From the NCBI GenBank assembly GCA_035512635.1, contig DATKDR010000019.1:65903-129902 (forward strand): DNA of 64,000 nucleotides. The letters run 5' to 3'. Below are positions 62,123-64,000 of this stretch, piece after piece. Each line of letters starts with the position of its first letter. The first letter of the stretch is position 1. The position numbers were made by a program, and so were the translations under genes. The DNA is from Longimicrobiales bacterium (GTDB taxonomy: Bacteria > Gemmatimonadota > Gemmatimonadetes > Longimicrobiales > RSA9). The notes beneath the pieces were generated by a model that searched no databases, was not told where the DNA came from, and saw only the letters and a program-made list of their open reading frames with translations.

Positions 62123-63169
62123 TCAAAAGCCCACGTCGACGGTGAGCTGGAAGGGGTCGTCGCCGAAGCCGGCGCCGCTGACGCGCTTGGCGACCGCCAC
62201 ATCGAAACGCGAATAGACGACACCCACGCCGACTGCGAACCCCGAGGTGATGCCTTCGCCGGCGCCGTAGCCGCCGCGCAGGAAGATCATGTCGCCGGCC
62301 GACAGCTCGAGTCCCATGGAGGGAGTGGGCGATGTGGGCTGCTTCCAGTCGTCCTCTTCCGCGTCCACCAGCAGCCACAGCCGATAGGGACCCGCCGGGT
62401 CGAGGTGTCGCATGACGTCGTACGACACGCCGACGCGCAGGCGCGTTGGCATCCGATCCGCCTGCTCGGAGTTCACTACCTGGAGCGGAAAGCCGACGTT
62501 CAGGAGCGATGCGCCGATGCGGGCCTGCCCGAGCCAGAGCGGTCGGTAGTGCACGCCGAAGTCGAGCCCGTGCGTGGCGGCGTCGAGCTCGGCTTCCTGA
62601 CACTGCCCCGAGCAGTCGATGCGCCAGCGATAGTACTTGTAGTTGAGTCCCGCCGACACGCCCGCAGCGACGGACGCGGAAAAAGAGGCGATCAGAAGGT
62701 GGTCCCGCATCGTGATGCGGCCGATCGGCAGATCCGACTGATCGCCGGTCACGTCCTGGTCGCCGTGGTCGATCAGCCCGTAGCTGAGGCCGAACGTGGC
62801 GATGTTGCCCGGGGAGAAGAGCAGCGTGAACGCGTCCACCTGCACCGTCTGGTTCGCCAGGTGGTGCAGCACGAAGTGCTCGTCCGTCACCTCGGCGAGG
62901 CCCGCCGGATTGTAGAAGACGGCGTCCGGCGATTCCACCGAGGTCACCGCCTCGCTCAGCGCGGCGCGGCGCGCACCGATCGGAAACAGCAGCATCAGGC
63001 AGCACTCGCCACTCGCCGCCTGAAGCTCTGCGACGAGCTTCGGCGCCGCCGGGTCGCCCGGCTTCGCCTGCGCCGCGCCTTCGCCGGGCGCCGCGGCCAG
63101 GCCGGCTGCGAGCGCGGCGGCGACCAGCGTCGCGCCGTCGCTTCGAGGCCTACAGCGGAAGCGCCTCAT
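62123..63169 (-). CDS. Putative outer-membrane beta-barrel protein (PorV/TraF_2-like N-terminal motif)
   Basis: 348 aa. Signal peptide ...[19 protein letters not shown]. The motif [30 protein letters not shown] resembles the G-A-R-x-x-G-M-G...NPAGL start of that barrel class. Alternating strands end ...[10 protein letters not shown]. Confidence 0.5.
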   Translation of the reverse strand: MRRFRCRPRSDGATLVAAALAAGLAAAPGEGAAQAKPGDPAAPKLVAELQAASGECCLMLLFPIGARRAALSEAVTSVESPDAVFYNPAGLAEVTDEHFVLHHLANQTVQVDAFTLLFSPGNIATFGLSYGLIDHGDQDVTGDQSDLPIGRITMRDHLLIASFSASVAAGVSAGLNYKYYRWRIDCSGQCQEAELDAATHGLDFGVHYRPLWLGQARIGASLLNVGFPLQVVNSEQADRMPTRLRVGVSYDVMRHLDPAGPYRLWLLVDAEEDDWKQPTSPTPSMGLELSAGDMIFLRGGYGAGEGITSGFAVGVGVVYSRFDVAVAKRVSGAGFGDDPFQLTVDVGF

Positions 63170-63317
63170 CGATCAGCATGATGGGGATTCCATCCCGGAT
63201 CGGGTAGCGCAGCCGGCACGCCGCGCACACCAGCTCGGAGGCCTCCCGCCGATAGTCGAGCTCACCCTTGCAGCGCGGGCAAACCAGGATCTCCAACAGC
63301 CGTTCGTCGAGACTCAT
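63150..63317 (-). CDS. Trm112/YcaR-family small zinc-ribbon protein
   Basis: Track ORF trimmed to the ATG at 63315-63317: [55 protein letters not shown]. Confidence 0.8.
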   Translation of the reverse strand: MSLDERLLEILVCPRCKGELDYRREASELVCAACRLRYPIRDGIPIMLIDEALPL

Positions 63318-64000
63318 CCCTGCCTCTCGTAGCCGAGTTCCTCGAGTCCGCGCTTCTTTCGGCGCCACCCCGGTTTCGCCTTCACCCACAGGTCGAGATA
63401 CACGGAAGCGTCGAGAAAGGATTCGATCTTGCCCCGCGCCGTCGAACCGATCTCGCGGATCACCGCTCCGCGGCTCCCCACCACGATGCCCTTCTGACTT
63501 TCGCGCTCCACGTAGATCGTCGCCCGAATGTAAAGCGGCTGCTCCGACTCCCGAAACTCCTCCACCTGCACCGCCGTGCTGTAGGGCACCTCCTCGCGCA
63601 GTGTCTCGAACAGCGTTTCACGGATCAGCTCGGCGACGAAGAACCGCACCGGCTGGATCGCGATGTCGTCCTCCGGAAACAGATACGGCGAGAGCGGCAG
63701 CCGGGCGACCAGGTCTGCCAGCAGCGCGTCCATCGCCACGCCGGTCACGGCCGAAACGCGGTGGCACGTTGCACCCGGGAGCGTAGCCGCGGACCAGGAT
63801 TCCAGCTCCTCGATCGCCGCGACAGGGCCGGCGTCCACCTTGTTGATCGCCACCACGAGCGCCGTCGCCGCGCGCAGCCGCGCGATCACGTCGGCCGAAG
63901 GAAGTTCCTGCGCGCGCGTCGCATCCAGTAGCAGCAGCACCACGTCCGCATCCTCGAGCGCGCGCAGCGCCGCCTCCAGCATCCACTCCTGGAGCAGGTA
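63314..64000 (-). CDS. era: GTPase Era; the 5' end lies beyond the window
   Basis: The frame is open to the window edge. NKVD G4 motif, then a KH domain ([25 protein letters not shown]...[22 protein letters not shown]...[15 protein letters not shown]). Confidence 0.85.
   Translation of the reverse strand, partial: YLLQEWMLEAALRALEDADVVLLLLDATRAQELPSADVIARLRAATALVVAINKVDAGPVAAIEELESWSAATLPGATCHRVSAVTGVAMDALLADLVARLPLSPYLFPEDDIAIQPVRFFVAELIRETLFETLREEVPYSTAVQVEEFRESEQPLYIRATIYVERESQKGIVVGSRGAVIREIGSTARGKIESFLDASVYLDLWVKAKPGWRRKKRGLEELGYERQG

Overview
This is a very GC-rich bacterial chromosomal window; third codon positions are almost all G/C. It is densely packed with about 58 protein genes and one tRNA-Arg(CCU). 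I saw no rRNA, no CRISPR array, and no recognisable transposase, integrase or phage gene. All product calls come from motifs and architectures I recognise by eye in the translated ORFs; no database search was possible. Many track ORFs are artefacts typical of high-GC DNA: long antisense ORFs and N-terminal over-extensions. I trimmed these to the start codon where the recognisable protein begins, and several real starts are GTG. From 9859 to 64000 every gene except ctaA is on the minus strand. Content from left to right: (1) a divergent GT4/GT2 glycosyltransferase pair; (2) a 635-bp convergent gap with repeats and a candidate ncRNA; (3) a YfgM-like TPR protein; (4) a TAM pair, a lipoprotein-type TamA plus TamB; (5) a complete System I cytochrome c maturation operon ccmABCDEFGH, including an untracked 50-aa ccmD, running into lgt and an outer-membrane (OM) barrel gene; (6) a lower-GC patch with a frameshifted PEGA lipoprotein gene; (7) ctaA; (8) tRNA-Arg; (9) the housekeeping string yqaA-pcm-surE-merR-gpsA-plsY-der-DUF512; (10) a TPR lipoprotein, larC and uvrC; (11) a roughly 24-kb gap-free array prfB-lysS-lolCD-mcsA-mcsB-clpC-bamA-skp-lpxD-lpxC/fabZ-lpxA-oxidoreductase-lpxB-DUF374-lpxK-nadB-rlmH-bshC-murJ; (12) a zinc-ribbon/pseudo-receiver GGDEF pair, rnr, two envelope proteins of unknown function, trm112 and era. 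The most unusual feature is a Firmicute-type protein-arginine kinase module (McsA/McsB/ClpC). It has no CtsR and is translationally coupled to lipoprotein-sorting and BamA/LPS genes. The LpxC-FabZ fusion, lipoprotein TamA, BshC and high GC suggest an FCB-group or Gemmatimonadota-like diderm, but this is inference only.
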